From positions 24,180,001-24,244,000 of the forward strand of contig NC_043004.1 in assembly GCF_006345805.1 (NCBI RefSeq): a DNA stretch of 64,000 nt, written 5' to 3'. Below the pieces are notes generated by a model. That model worked only from the letters and a program-made list of their open reading frames with translations, made no database searches and was not told where the DNA came from. Source of the stretch: Octopus sinensis (Eukaryota). Each line of letters starts with the position of its first letter. The first letter of the stretch is position 1. The translations under genes and the position numbers were made by a program. Positions 25,251-38,237 of this stretch are shown here, piece by piece.

Positions 25251-25255
<5 letters not shown>
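24916..25255 (-). mobile_element. SINE family E (D-type tRNA head and core, distinct tail)
   Basis: Head rc gtgaaggcgcatggctcagtggttagagcg...gagttccaatc; core gagcaatgtgaaataaaatgtcttacccaagaacac; tail gggattgcacctagaaagttaccctc also occurs alone at 42790. Confidence 0.85.
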
Positions 25256-25337
<82 letters not shown>

Positions 25338-26930
25338 CGACTAATTTTTAACGAACGACTGTATTCGTTTAAAAAATATCAAACATATCAGACTCATTTA
25401 TTTAATGTTTCTCTTCATTTCAAAATGTATTTCAATGTTTATTTTGACTTTCACCCACACGATTATATAACGTCCGGAATGTATTACCATCAAACGTCAT
25501 CACCACGACTACCACCGCTACCATCATCATTGGCAGCGTCGTCGTCTTTGTCGTCAGTCAGGAATTTAGTCGTCGTCGACATCGCTTTCATCAACATCGC
25601 CATCATTATAATGTTAAGCTTGCTGCTGATGATATTCAGTAGATCATCAACAATATGAACGTCATTGTCAGTGCTACTGATTATATTCGCTGCCAGATCG
25701 TCTGACTGGATTTCCCAGAAATACAATGGTATTTTATATGCTGGCAGGAAGCTTTCATTGACATAATAGAAAAAACACTTCTTTCTGTGATGGCTTTAGA
25801 AAGGTTAATGATAAACATATAAACATGTATGTATGTATGTATGTATGTATTTATGCACGTATGTATGTATGTATGTGTATGCATGTATATGAATACAGAT
25901 CGAAAAAAAATGCACCCGGTACACTTTGCATACTTCGTAGGTGGGCATCTGGTGAATTATACGGACACTACACAGCTTCGTAGGCACTTGAGCAAGTATG
26001 TAATCGATTAGACTCCTGCAGTAAGCGTTAACATTTGGAAGAGGAATACTTATTGGTTACTGGTTAGGTTGCTGTCCGTTAAATGAGCCACTTGAAAATA
26101 ATTGCTGGAACCTACAAAGTGCTAATAACGCGTAAGGCGCTTCTAGGTTTAAGAGGAATCAGTTCTGCTGAGATCAACTTTCGTTCCAAAGAGATTTAAT
26201 CCTCGATATATTTTAGGGCGATTTGCAAGCTTGAAATACATTCTGGATGCATACTGCCTGTGTGGAGAATTAAAGATTAGCTTTTAATATCATGTGCAAC
26301 GCATTTACGCAGTCGATTATTGGCGGTAGCTATGCTTTTTCTCTTTAGGTTTCGAAATAAAACGTGGCTAAGATATGGTGTCCAACTCACAAGATCTAAA
26401 AGAATTTCAATTTGATTATAGTGTTTCTTGGTAAAGGCTTTAGACTTCCTCTTACAGCAACTCTATATATCACGGATTTAGAAAATCAGTTTATTAGCAG
26501 GCTGTTAATTTTGGCAACTGCTGTTGGAATTCTAGTGGATGCTGATGACGATCTAACGTGTCGGTTGCATCAGGTAATGCTGGAAGTGATGTAATCTAAG
26601 AAATCATATATAACCTTAACAATGTATAAGTTGAAAGGCTTCTGCTATCTGTGTGGTTGCGAAGTGGTACCTGAGAGAGATAGAATATTTCTTACATAAA
26701 CTATTCCCCTCACGTAATATCAAACTTAGTTGTTCTTATTTAGATAAAATCGCTTACAGCATTACGTGGCATAACCAAAAAAAATATAACAGCACTATCC
26801 ACTTCCTAACAGCCCATCTGTATATACCAATATTGAACCACACGCCCCCTGATGAGATTATTTCTTAATTAAGTGGGAGTATAAAGAATTGCACTTACTC
26901 CGTAAAGCACCTGGGAGAACCAAGTGCTTG

Positions 26931-27309
26931 TTTGGAAACATTAGAACCAACATTGTGCTTGTGTTTGTCCTTCACCGTGGAGGCGCGTGGCTTAGAGGTT
27001 AGGGTGTTGAACTCATAATCGTAAGGTTGTGGTTTTCTCTTCCTTGACATGGTGATGCGTTGTGTTCTTGAGCAAAACACCTTATTTCACGTTGCTCCAG
27101 TCCACTCAGCCGGCAAAAATGAGTAATCCTGCTGAGTGGACTGGAGCAACGTGAAATAAGGTGTTTTGCTCAAGAACACAACGCATCACGTGGTCAAGGA
27201 ATCGAAACCACAACCTTACGATTATGAGTTCAACACCCTAACCTCTAAGCCACGCGCCTCCACGGTGAAGGACAAACACAAGCACAATGTTGGTTCTAAT
27301 GTTTCCAAA
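26931..27309. repeat. Foldback palindrome of a SINE-D head plus flanks (arms 180/179 bp, 20-nt spacer)
   Basis: 26931-27110 is the reverse complement of 27131-27309, apart from a cluster of differences at the B box; spacer cggcaaaaatgagtaatcct. Confidence 0.97.
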
Positions 27310-27819
27310 AGACGTTATCAACCCTAATTAAAGTTCAGAAACAGCACAAACTCTTCTTCACTGTTCCATAATACTTGAAAGCTTATAGACCAGTAACATA
27401 ATTTTCACACTATAATTCACACTATGAAACCATTAACAAAAACCCTTTTAAACTCAATAACGTGCATAAATTCAAATTCGGTTTCTCAAAGGTAATGCAT
27501 AGCCGGTGTAAGTTATGCAGTATTCCTTATCAAGAAAAATTACGTTACCTCCAGTTGTCGCTACAAGCGTGCATTTCTCCTGAGCTAGTTTTAACTGGTC
27601 ATCTCGTAAAAATAGGTTCGGAAAAATCAGAGTCAACAGAAACTAAGCATAGCATCAGCCTGTAAGTATTCAAATGAATGAGCACCTGATTCATTAGATG
27701 ACCCTCTCATGCTTACGAAATTCCCAGCAATAGCTTTATAATTTACCGGCACCCTACCTACACTTACTTTCTTAACGATAAAATTCATTGCGAAAAGAAA
27801 CATAATAAGCTTTACTTGT

Positions 27820-28115
27820 GAAGGTACGTGGTTACGTGCTTAGAATATTCGACTCACGGTCGTAAGGTCGTGAGTTCGATATCCGGCGGCGCGTTGTGAC
27901 CTTGAGCAAGACAATGTATTTCATTTTGCTCCATTCCGCTCAGTTGGCAAATATGAGTTGTACCTGTAATTCGAAGGGCCAGCCTTGTCACATTCTGTGT
28001 CGCGCTGAATCTGCCTGTGAATTATGTTTAGAGTGTACGTGTGTGTGGAGCGCTCAGCTACTTGCACGTTAATTTCACTTAATTGGATCAAGTGGAACCC
28101 TCATCGTTGTAACCT
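27820..28115 (+). mobile_element. SINE with D-type head and core and a third tail type
   Basis: gaaggtacgtggttacgtgcttag...gagttcgatatcc, gttgtgaccttgagcaagacaatgtatttcattttgctccattccgctcagttggcaaatatgagt, then tail gggccagccttgtcacattctgtgtc. Confidence 0.75.
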
Positions 28116-28704
28116 GTTTGAAAGCTTTACTTAGGCTGGAAAAAAGAAAAGGGAAGATGCTTCTAACCATGAGTATACACGAGCATGATACTAAAGAAAC
28201 AACATTTCATCATCGCCATCATCAGCATCATGATCACCAGTGACATTAACACGAATCACCACCAAACACTTTCATACTCCAATGAAATACCGTAACACAC
28301 AACAATTAACAGCAGTCTTATCATCACAACTGTAGCCTTACTAATAATCTGCAGTCTATTATATGAACTCTGACACTGACACAAATTTCAATATTTCAAA
28401 ACCAGTTTACATAACATTCTTCTTCAATTCCCATCTAAGATTCACCAAATGTACAAAGCCACCTTTTATTTCATACACAATCTTGTTATTATATGACTAT
28501 GTCTCTATATGTATCTACAGCTTCTTGTCAATATCCATTTCTTTCTTAATCTCTCTCTCTCTCTCTCTCACATCCTATTTCTCTCACACACTGTCACTCT
28601 CTTCCTCTGTGTGTCACTGTTTCTCTCTCTCTCTCTTTCTCAGTAGATACAAGCACACACGAACACAAACACACATATACGTCTCGTTTTTCTTTTTTAC
28701 ATAC

Positions 28705-28883
28705 CTCCGCCATTAGACTGCAGCCATGCCGGGACGCTGCCTTGAATTTTTAATCGAATGAATCAACCCCAGTAATTATTTATTTGTTTAAAGCCTGGAA
28801 CTTATTCAATCGGTCTCTTAGTCCACAAGGTTACAGGGACGCAAATACAACACCGAGTGTGAAGCGGTGATGAGGTACAAAAT
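28705..28883 (-). mobile_element. SINE family A 3' body (host of the nested SINE-D)
   Basis: ttagactgcagccatgccggg...tattcaatcggtctctt...gttacagggacgcaaatacaacacc; continues after 29130 as ggacaaacacaagcacaa. Confidence 0.7.
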
Positions 28884-29130
28884 GTTCCTTCTCGAGCCAT
28901 GCCAGGCTCATAAGGGCCGGTTTCCCGGTTTCAGTGGCGTAGAAATTCCCCACCTGGACGGGACGGCGGTCCGTCGCAGGATTACTCATTTTTGCCGGCT
29001 GAGTGGATTGGAGCAACGTGAAATAAGGTGTTTTGCTCAAGAACACAACGCATCACCCGGTCAAGGAATCGAAACTACAACCATACGATTATGAGTTCAA
29101 CACCCTAACCTCTAAGCCACGCGCCTCCAC
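28884..29130 (-). mobile_element. SINE family D nested in a family A copy
   Basis: Intact head (B box gtttcgattcc); tail gttccttctcgagccatgccaggctcataagggccggtttcccggtttc; degenerate TSD cggtgatgaggtacaaa (28865-81) / cggtgaaggacaaa (29130-43). Confidence 0.85.
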
Positions 29131-29179
29131 GGTGAAGGACAAACACAAGCACAAATACACACAAAGATACGCGTGAGCA

Positions 29180-29234
<55 letters not shown>

Positions 29235-29439
29235 ATTATATTATATAATATATATATATATATATATATAATACAGGACAGCTCCTTTCGATTTCCGCTT
29301 ATGTATGTCCTTTAAATAAAATACGTCTTGAGAACAGTCTGCAAATGTTCAGTAGTTATTGATAATAAAATGTACTGTTATTTTGGATGTTGGGCAACTG
29401 ACTTTAAGCTTCGTTACTACAACCACGTCTTGTCATTTA

Positions 29440-29506
29440 AATTTGTTCGACTAAAAGGCGCTGCTCCAACATGACTGCAGTTAAATGACTGAAACAGGTA
29501 AAAGAG
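29440..29506 (+). mobile_element. SINE family A tail fragment
   Basis: aatttgttcgactaaaaggcgctgctccaacatgactgcagttaaatgactgaaacaggtaaaagag. Confidence 0.8.
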
Positions 29507-29679
29507 TATATATATATATATATATATATATTCATTTTTTATGCTATAGTTTAGCTGGTCACCTTGACTAGGGGTTTACGCAGTACTTATCATTGCTCTC
29601 TTCTAATCTATTTTTTTATTCTGTATATTTCATTTTATTCTTAGTACCTGCATTATTCTTATCCTTTTATTAATACTAT

Positions 29680-29855
29680 TTGGAGCAGCGCCTTTTAGTC
29701 GAACAAATTGAACCCAGGAGTTACTAGTTGTAAGCCGAGTATTTATTTTTTCAGTAATTTTGCCAAACCGCTAAGTTATGGGGACGTAAACACACCAACA
29801 TCGGTTGTCAAGGGACGGAAGGGGTAAAAACACAAACACACACATGTTCAAGTGT
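29680..29855 (-). mobile_element. SINE family A 3' body fragment
   Basis: ttggagcagcgccttttagtcgaacaaatt...ccgctaagttatggggacgtaaacacaccaacatcggttgtcaag. Confidence 0.8.
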
Positions 29856-31082
29856 TTCTGTTTCATTTTAATTTTTTTATCTTTCATTTTCATTTTTTTT
29901 TACGTTTTTGTACCTTTTTATTTTTTCACACTTATTCTGTTTATTATTGATTTTAAAAGCACCCCAATAACACTTCAACAGCACCCTCTAGTTTTGCTTT
30001 GCTCCTTTACGCTGTACAGGTTATGCACTTTGTCTCATTGTAATATAATTCACTTGGTTGAAAGAAGCTAATTCCAAAGATATCTTATTTAATTTATTTT
30101 ATTTATTTATCGATTTATTTCAGTCCAGTGTATTCCTTTTGTCTATTGGCTGACTCTATCCTATTCATATTTAGCAGAGCTAACTCTGATAACGGTGTAG
30201 CATCTCAACCTTTCCATCTTTGTATGATTGCTGTTTTAGTTTGCCGTGCAGTTTATCTTTCTACCTTTCAAATGCGCTTCGATTAGCAACAAACACTGCA
30301 AATGGAGACAGTAGTAAACAACCTAAAATTAAAGATTTAAGCTGACCACTGGATATAGTAACCAATATCAAATTACGTAATAATTTCTAGATATATCCTG
30401 GAGAACTGACGCTTTGAGAGTGGTTATCTAATTATAGGCATAAAGGACACCAAATTATATTTCTGTCCCCTGCTTTGTTTCTAGTTTTCTACTTTTCTTC
30501 TTTTCATCTTGTATCTCCCATCCTCTACGCTTTATCTTTCTTCTCTGCCGGGTTATATTTTCTTTTTCTGCCCACTTTTCTTCCAATCATCTTATATTGC
30601 TTACTTCCTTTCACTCCCCTCCTCATGCCTGTATTATTCATTTATTATTCTGCTTTCTTTTGCATGAAATTTCACTGACGAGGACCGCATTAGATTCAAG
30701 GATCATTCGAATGTTCTCAGTCGATCAATGGACGGATTTAGTATACAGATTGAAGAACGAACGTATGAAACTTATCAGAAACAGCTGTAAGTCGGAACTG
30801 CGTTTGTAAAAATATGTAAATGCTATTATTTATTTTCTCGTATCATATGTTTGAGTTTTTTCATGTGTCTGTGAACCAGTATTCGTATATTTATATTTGT
30901 ATAGTGTCCATTCTCTATTGATATGAAATAGCTCAAAATGATGATACGAATTTAGGTGTCAGAATATTTAAACAGTCTACTGCTCAACTCAGTACACACA
31001 TTAACAAACACAAACACAAACACAAAAATACACAAACACAAAGATGCCCACAACCTACACTTACATACACACGTTAATCTTT

Positions 31083-31169
<87 letters not shown>

Positions 31170-31225
31170 ACATGTATATATATATACACACATCTATATT
31201 ATATATTATTTATATTATTATAATA

Positions 31226-31662
31226 AAATTGAACCGTTATGAAAATCCTCGAGGAATGTGAAGACGCAGGCTGGAAAGCGGAACATTTTCCTATCGAAGT
31301 CGGATGTAGAGGGTTTGTTGGACACAGCGTGAGACGACTGTTGTTATCGATAGGCCTAACTCATCGTAAAGTCAATACCACCATGACTGATATCAAATCT
31401 ACAGTGGAGAAGGCTAGCCACTGGACTTGGTTAAAAAGAGACGATGAGCGATGGCTAGAAGTATATTGAGTTCTTCATAACCAGCTGAACTAGCAAGCGG
31501 GTCCTCATATCAGTGAGGGGGGCCGTGCGCATTGATGCCGTCGAGAGGTAGGCCCCGAAACGGCGCGCATTCTCTCCTGATGACCCCATACACTTGCTAG
31601 CTTCCGGTATAAGGAGCTTTTAACTGGTAGCACTTGCATGTGCAAGTTGTTTGCAAGACATG
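31226..31662 (+). mobile_element. 5'-truncated RLE-type non-LTR retrotransposon (HERO/NeSL-like) 3' end with 3' UTR, within (TA)n
   Basis: KLNRYEN/LEECEDAGWKAEHFPIEVGCRGFVGHS...VEKASHWTWLKR..W* (stop 31469). The EVGCRGF and ASxWxWLKR motifs match recalled HERO-type RLE C-termini. One frameshift near 31245. Confidence 0.8.
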
Positions 31663-31844
31663 TAAATATATATACATAAATATAATATATATATATTATA
31701 CACACACACACATATATATATAAGTTGTCCTTATTTTAATATAATGTACATTAAATTTTATTTATATATGTATATGTATATAGTAGTAGTAGCAGTAGTT
31801 CTTAGGATATATATATGTATATATATGTATATATATATAGTATG

Positions 31845-31877
<33 letters not shown>

Positions 31878-31886
31878 ATATATATA

Positions 31887-31926
<40 letters not shown>

Positions 31927-31927
31927 G

Positions 31928-31975
<48 letters not shown>

Positions 31976-32013
31976 CTAGTAGTAGTAGTTCTTAAGATAT
32001 ATATATATATACG

Positions 32014-32237
32014 TTCTCTTTTACTCTTTTACTTGTTTCAGTCATTTGACTGCGGCCATGCGTGAGCACCGCCTTTAATCGAGCAACTCGACCCCGGGAC
32101 TTATTCTTTTGTAAGCCCAGTACTTATTCTATCGGTCTCTTTTGCCGAACCGCTAGGTAACGGGGATATAAACACACCAGCATCGGTTGTCAAGCAATGC
32201 TAGGGGGACAAACACAGACACCCAAACACACACGCGC

Positions 32238-32276
<39 letters not shown>

Positions 32277-32430
32277 CATATATACCACGGGCTTCTTTTA
32301 GTTTCCGTCTACCAAATCCACTCACAAGGCTATAGTAGAAGACACTTGCCCAAGGTGCCACACAGTGGAACTGAACCCGGAACCATGTGGTTGGTAAACA
32401 AGCTACTTACCACACAGGCACTCCTGCGCC
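32014..32430 (-). mobile_element. SINE family A, full length
   Basis: Tail ttactcttttacttgtttcagtcatttgactgcggcc, internal (TA)n, head ending cacaggcactcctgcgcc. Confidence 0.9.
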
Positions 32431-32432
32431 TA

Positions 32433-32542
<110 letters not shown>

Positions 32543-32552
32543 ATATATTATA

Positions 32553-32588
<36 letters not shown>

Positions 32589-34687
32589 TGTATGTATATA
32601 AACACGTACAAATATATATATATATTGGGTATATTACTGAAGACACACAGAGCGACATATTTAATTAAAACATAGTAGCAACACCAATACATCAGACGTG
32701 CCAGCACTTTAGAGGTATAGATCTATAAAGAATACAAACAAGTGAAAAGATTTATAATATAATTCAAAAACTGACTGTACAAAAGAAACGAAATACGTTT
32801 ATAACCTGTCAATGTAAGCTTAGATAGTGGACTGAATGTAACGTATACTTGAACACCTGGTTCTAGGCTACTCTTAGCAGTGTCATGTCTGCTGCAAGTG
32901 GCAGGTCTCCGATTTGTCTACACCTTACAAACTACTACTCCGGTAAAAGATAATGAATACTGTCCTTCCTGCATACTAAACGAATGAATACACGTGTTAC
33001 AACGCTATGTAAAATTTTACGGAGCTACTCTTACTTTCACCAGGGTTCACTTATGAATGTATTTCTGATGTTGCTGACATAAGGTTTTATTAAGCAGATC
33101 TGTTATCAACAAAACTTAATCATGATCGACCTGTATCTTTTTTTTCCCATACTGTGTACAGTCAGGATCACGTCCTCTTCCGATTTACAGTGTATATTTC
33201 TAAAAGAGATATATTTGGTTGCTATATCTATCAGGCATAATATCCACGTAAATAATCTCGTATCGGCTTATATGTTCGTGTTTGACTTTGATCGACGTAG
33301 CATATTTTGTAGAGATATTATTAGCTACTTTCCGATATTTGATCTGTTATTTAGCATTTATGAGTTGAAATGATGCCAAAGTGTACATTGTTCCTTCAAT
33401 CTCCGATGACTGTAATAAAGAACAGCAATCTGATCGCAAAGCAATACTAGATGTTCTTAGTGACACTTTTACACACTAAACCTCTATTTCACTCTTCTGT
33501 CTCAAACCGGTGATTACTATGTGAAATAAAACAATAACTTGACACTATTAGCAGAAAATATATTCCTAATGGAAAAATAAATACGTCTATCTACGTATCA
33601 ATCTTTTACTCCTACTACACCGTCTCTCTTACTGCTCCCCATCCCCCTCTCTCACAACACACGTACAAAAACATACACATACATATAACATTAAGCAGAA
33701 ATTATACGAAGTTAAGATAAGATTCATTTTACGAAACAAATTTCGTAGTTTCACACACACACACATTCATTCAACATACGTACTTACGTACATACAAATA
33801 TGCATACGTACATACATACATACATGCATACATACATACATACATACATACATACATACATACATACATACATACATACATACATACATAAGAGGTACAC
33901 ATACATTAGAGTAGTGTAATTTGAGTAACGTAATGTGTGATATTTAACGCTAAAACTTGTTTAAATATCAATACAATGCAAACTGAAATAAAAGAGTGAA
34001 ACCAAAAGTACCGCAGTCAGAACAAAATTTTACGCTTTACCTAAATCGAGTTTATTCTATATTCTTCAGAAAAAAATGGAGCTTGTAATATCTGCTCAAA
34101 TGACAGATTTTGTAATATTGGTATTATTACAATGATTAATCCACTGTACCTCGCACTAACTGTTAATAGACAGCTTCATTTTATAAACAAGAATGACACC
34201 CATGATTTACAGATTACCAACGCTACGCTCTATTGCTTTTTAGATAACCGTATAGTCTCTAGGGTAATATTTTAATGTGTGTTTGAATGACATGTTATTC
34301 TGCGTATATTCCTTGATGCGAATATTTCATCTCAGATTCTATATCCGATTCACAAATCGCCATATTTATCGCAGACAATTTCAGACACGGGTTGAGATGT
34401 CCGTCATCATTATTTAAGTGAAGCCATCGATTAACAATAGATGAGATATACACGAGACCATAGGCCGCAAATTCTCTTACGTATCTGAGCAATGATAGCA
34501 GCTCGACATGCTCTGCCATTTTGATATACAACCCAAAATATTGGGTAAGGTGGAAATTGTAGTTCAGGATTATTTCTGCTCTCAACATCTTATTTCAATT
34601 TTCTTTGAAATCACATTCGAACCTTTTAAACTTCAAATAAATATATAATTTGGTATGTAATACGTGTATATATATATATATATATAT

Positions 34688-34743
34688 GTAGATAGATAGA
34701 TAGAGATAGATAGAGATAGATAGATAGATAGATAGTTAGATAG

Positions 34744-34790
<47 letters not shown>

Positions 34791-34907
34791 GAGATAGATA
34801 GATAGATAGATATAGAGATATATAGAGAGATAGATAGAGACAGATAGATAGATAAAGATAGATAGAGATAGATAGAGATAGATAGATAGATGGAGATAGA
34901 TAGATAG

Positions 34908-34938
<31 letters not shown>

Positions 34939-35017
34939 GATAGATAGATAGAAAGAGATAGATAGATAGATAGATAGATAGAAAGATATAGATAGATAGA
35001 TATAGATAGATAGATAG

Positions 35018-35078
<61 letters not shown>

Positions 35079-35233
35079 GATAGAGATAGTTAGACAGATA
35101 GATAGACAGATAGATAGAGATAGATAGAGATAGAGATAGATAGAGATAGATAGATAGAGATAGATAGATAGATAGATAGAGATATAGAGATAGATATATA
35201 GAGATAGATATAGAGATATATATAGAGATATAT

Positions 35234-35332
<99 letters not shown>
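34688..35332. repeat. ~640-bp compound (TAGA)n/(TAGAGA)n microsatellite
   Basis: Direct reading; source of the two 271-aa spurious ORFs. Confidence 0.95.
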
Positions 35333-35400
35333 TACGTGGTCTGATCAATAAGTATTTGGACTGTTGCCATGGTAATGAAGCTAAAACACGCACAAATGGT
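35333..35400 (+). mobile_element. Possible mariner-type terminal inverted repeat fragment
   Basis: TA-CGTGGTCTGATCAATAAGTATTTGGACTG resembles recalled mariner TIRs; no partner TIR found. Confidence 0.35.
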
Positions 35401-36691
35401 GAATGCTGCAATGACGTATACCCCCATATCTGACCTGACATTATTCAAGTTAGTAGTATGAGTAAGATGTGTATGATATATCTAGCAGGTCAACTAAACA
35501 CGTAGAAAAACTCTCTTTGAATTATAGAATTCATGTTTACAGCATATTGAATGAAGAGGACAAGAAAATGTTCCAATGCGACATTCCTAGTTTTTGCTTT
35601 TTTAAAACGTTATTCTTAATCAGACTACATTTTATAAAGTGCTCTTCTTTTTCAATCAAAACAATAGAGTATGAATGGCTGAAGATTTAGCTATTATTTC
35701 GAGATAGCTGAAGGACCGCCTATCAGCTTCCCGCTGGAGCGCGTTAAATTCATATTTGAAATGCATCTTTAATTTATGAAGATAGCTTTCAAAATCTGGC
35801 AAGGTAAACGCGGAAGGATTTCTCTTATCAATATTACGGAATATTTGAACTGTAACTGAAGTGATTTGGAGCACATCGTATCAATAAATGTCTCCTATTT
35901 ATCCGATATCAAATGACAAGCAAACTATACAGCTATTTTTATTCCTATCACTCCATCATTCAATAAAACTCTCTCATGTCCATATATATCTAAATAAAAA
36001 TAAAGCAGATGTTGAATATTGTTTGTGAAATATGTTGCGTTTTTATTTTTATATTTCTTTAAAAAAAAAATCGAATGGAATTTCATTTCCGTTGTAGAAG
36101 TCCAGTGAATAGTGAATTGTCACACATTTATGTCTGACCGTGAGTGATACATCTCAAGAATGAATTCTATATATTGACATTCAGAAGCTGGGGGACAAGA
36201 TATTAATATTTAGTTATGAAAAACGTTTCCAAATGAAGACACGATTTCTGTTTGCTTGATTCATACAAAATAACAAAAGTAATCAATACACACAGACAGC
36301 CCCTAACACATACCATATGCACACACACGCATATACACGTGTGTATATTTGTTTGTAAAAGTGTGTGTTAGAAATATACTTATTGATGACTAGCGTGTAT
36401 AGAAAAGTATAGACGATCACAAGACACCTTGAATTCTGATGAAATAGATATATAGGGATTTATACAAATATTCATATTCTAGTTTCAGTCACTAGACAGG
36501 GGTCATACTAGCATAACATCTTGAAAGTGATTATTTCAGTTTAGCACCCACTTTACCGAATTTTATTTGTCGAACCGCTTAAATAATATATAGGGACACA
36601 ACAGAAAGAACATAACAAAAATAAAGATGCAGACACACACACACACGCACGAACACACACACACATATAGATCAGCCCACACATATATATG

Positions 36692-36737
<46 letters not shown>

Positions 36738-36740
<3 letters not shown>

Positions 36741-37158
36741 CTCTTTACTCTTTTACTTGTTTGTCATTTGACTGTGACCATGCTGGAGCACCTCCTTTAG
36801 TCGAGCAAATCAACCACAGGACTTATTCTTTGTAAGCCTAGTACTTATTCTATCGGTCTCTTTTGTTGAACCGCTATGTTACGAGGACGTAAACATAGCA
36901 GCACCGGTCGTGAGGCGATGTGTGTGTGTGTGGGGGGGGCAAAAACAAACACACGAACACATACGCATATTTATATATATACATATACATATATACAATG
37001 GGCTTCTTTCAGTTTCCGTCTACCAAATCCACTCACAAGGCTTTGGTTGGCCCGAGCCTATAGTAGAAGACACTTGCCCAAGGTGCCACGTAGTGAGACT
37101 GAACACGGGACCATGTGGTTGGTAAGTAAGCTACGTACCCCACACCCACCCCTGCGCC
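36738..37158 (-). mobile_element. SINE family A, full length
   Basis: Same architecture as the 32014 copy; head ends cccctgcgcc. Confidence 0.9.
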
Positions 37159-37175
37159 TATATATATATATATAC

Positions 37176-37368
37176 CTAGCGGTATTTCGTCTGCCCTTAC
37201 GTTCTGAGTTCAAATTCCGCCGAGGTCGACTTTGCCTTTCATCTTCTCGGGGTCGATGAAATAAGTTCCAGTTAAGCACTGGAGTCGATATAATCGACTT
37301 AATCCGTTTGTCTGTCCTTCTTTGTCCCCTTTATGTTTAGCCCTTTGTGGGCAATAAAGAAATAAGAA
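37176..37368 (+). mobile_element. SINE family C, 5'-truncated
   Basis: tagcggtatttcgtctgcccttacgttctgagttcaaattccgccgaggtcgactttgcctttcatc...aataaagaaataag. Confidence 0.9.
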
Positions 37369-37855
37369 TATTTAGATCCCAATTTTCTTATATGATCGTC
37401 GAAATTGTAAGTTACATTTTACGAAATACTACCTTTGTCACCTATGTATATGTGAATAAATGAATTAGATTTTACTGTGAATTCAGGTGTTAAAACCTAG
37501 CGGCATTTTCAACCAGTGACTATTTTTCATGCAGTTCTCATGATTGATGCATACACAAAAATTCTTGTTCATAAAATGTACGATTTTAATATTTTAGGCA
37601 CATACGAGGCGAAAAATGTTTTAGCTGAAATTATTTCATATTTGAAAAGCAGGAGTAAAGAAAAACAACAACAATAGAAAATGTATAGCATATAGAAAGT
37701 TATAGACATTGGGAAAGCTTTCAGAAATAACCGAAAAATTTCTCAAACTTTCAATAGTTTAACTACTTATAATAGTGTTGTTTATACAGCTCAAAAAGCG
37801 ATGAGAAAATCTATGATTGAGTTAATGTGTCTTTTTATATAACAGTGTACATAGT

Positions 37856-37886
<31 letters not shown>

Positions 37887-37914
37887 GTGTGTGTATGTGT
37901 GTCTGGGTATGTGT

Positions 37915-37977
<63 letters not shown>

Positions 37978-38237
37978 GAATATATGTATGCACATATGTG
38001 TATATATGTATGCGTACGCTTATATGTACATCTGAGTGTTTGTTCGTGTGCGTCTGTGTGTGGCTATGTTCTATTTATTTTTTAGTTTTGCACTTTCTAA
38101 AAAGCATGTATTTTTTAGTATGAACACTCACATATATGGAGATTATTAGGCTAATTCAGATTAATTATATATGTATATACAAGTATATACGCACACATTT
38201 ACACACTTTCTCTCTCACATTACGTACATCTCACTTA

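Noticed and set aside
26980-27260. tRNA genes at SINE heads (also 25200, 27820, 29050, 58400, 61020)
   Set aside because: A and B boxes are present but there is no complete cloverleaf or acceptor stem, and each head continues into SINE core sequence.
34295-34588. Mariner transposase N-terminus on the minus strand
   Set aside because: Only SSIVNRW resembles the motif, and the nearby TIR-like sequence faces the wrong way.
34626-35448. 271-aa ORFs and all similar [16 protein letters not shown] ORFs across the window
   Set aside because: They are translations of microsatellites that lack stop codons in that frame; there is no coding signal.
35469-35690. LNEEDKKMFQCDI resembling the fatty acyl-CoA reductase C-terminal domain
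   Set aside because: Short match without the following IDW..Y motif, no donor site and no other exons.
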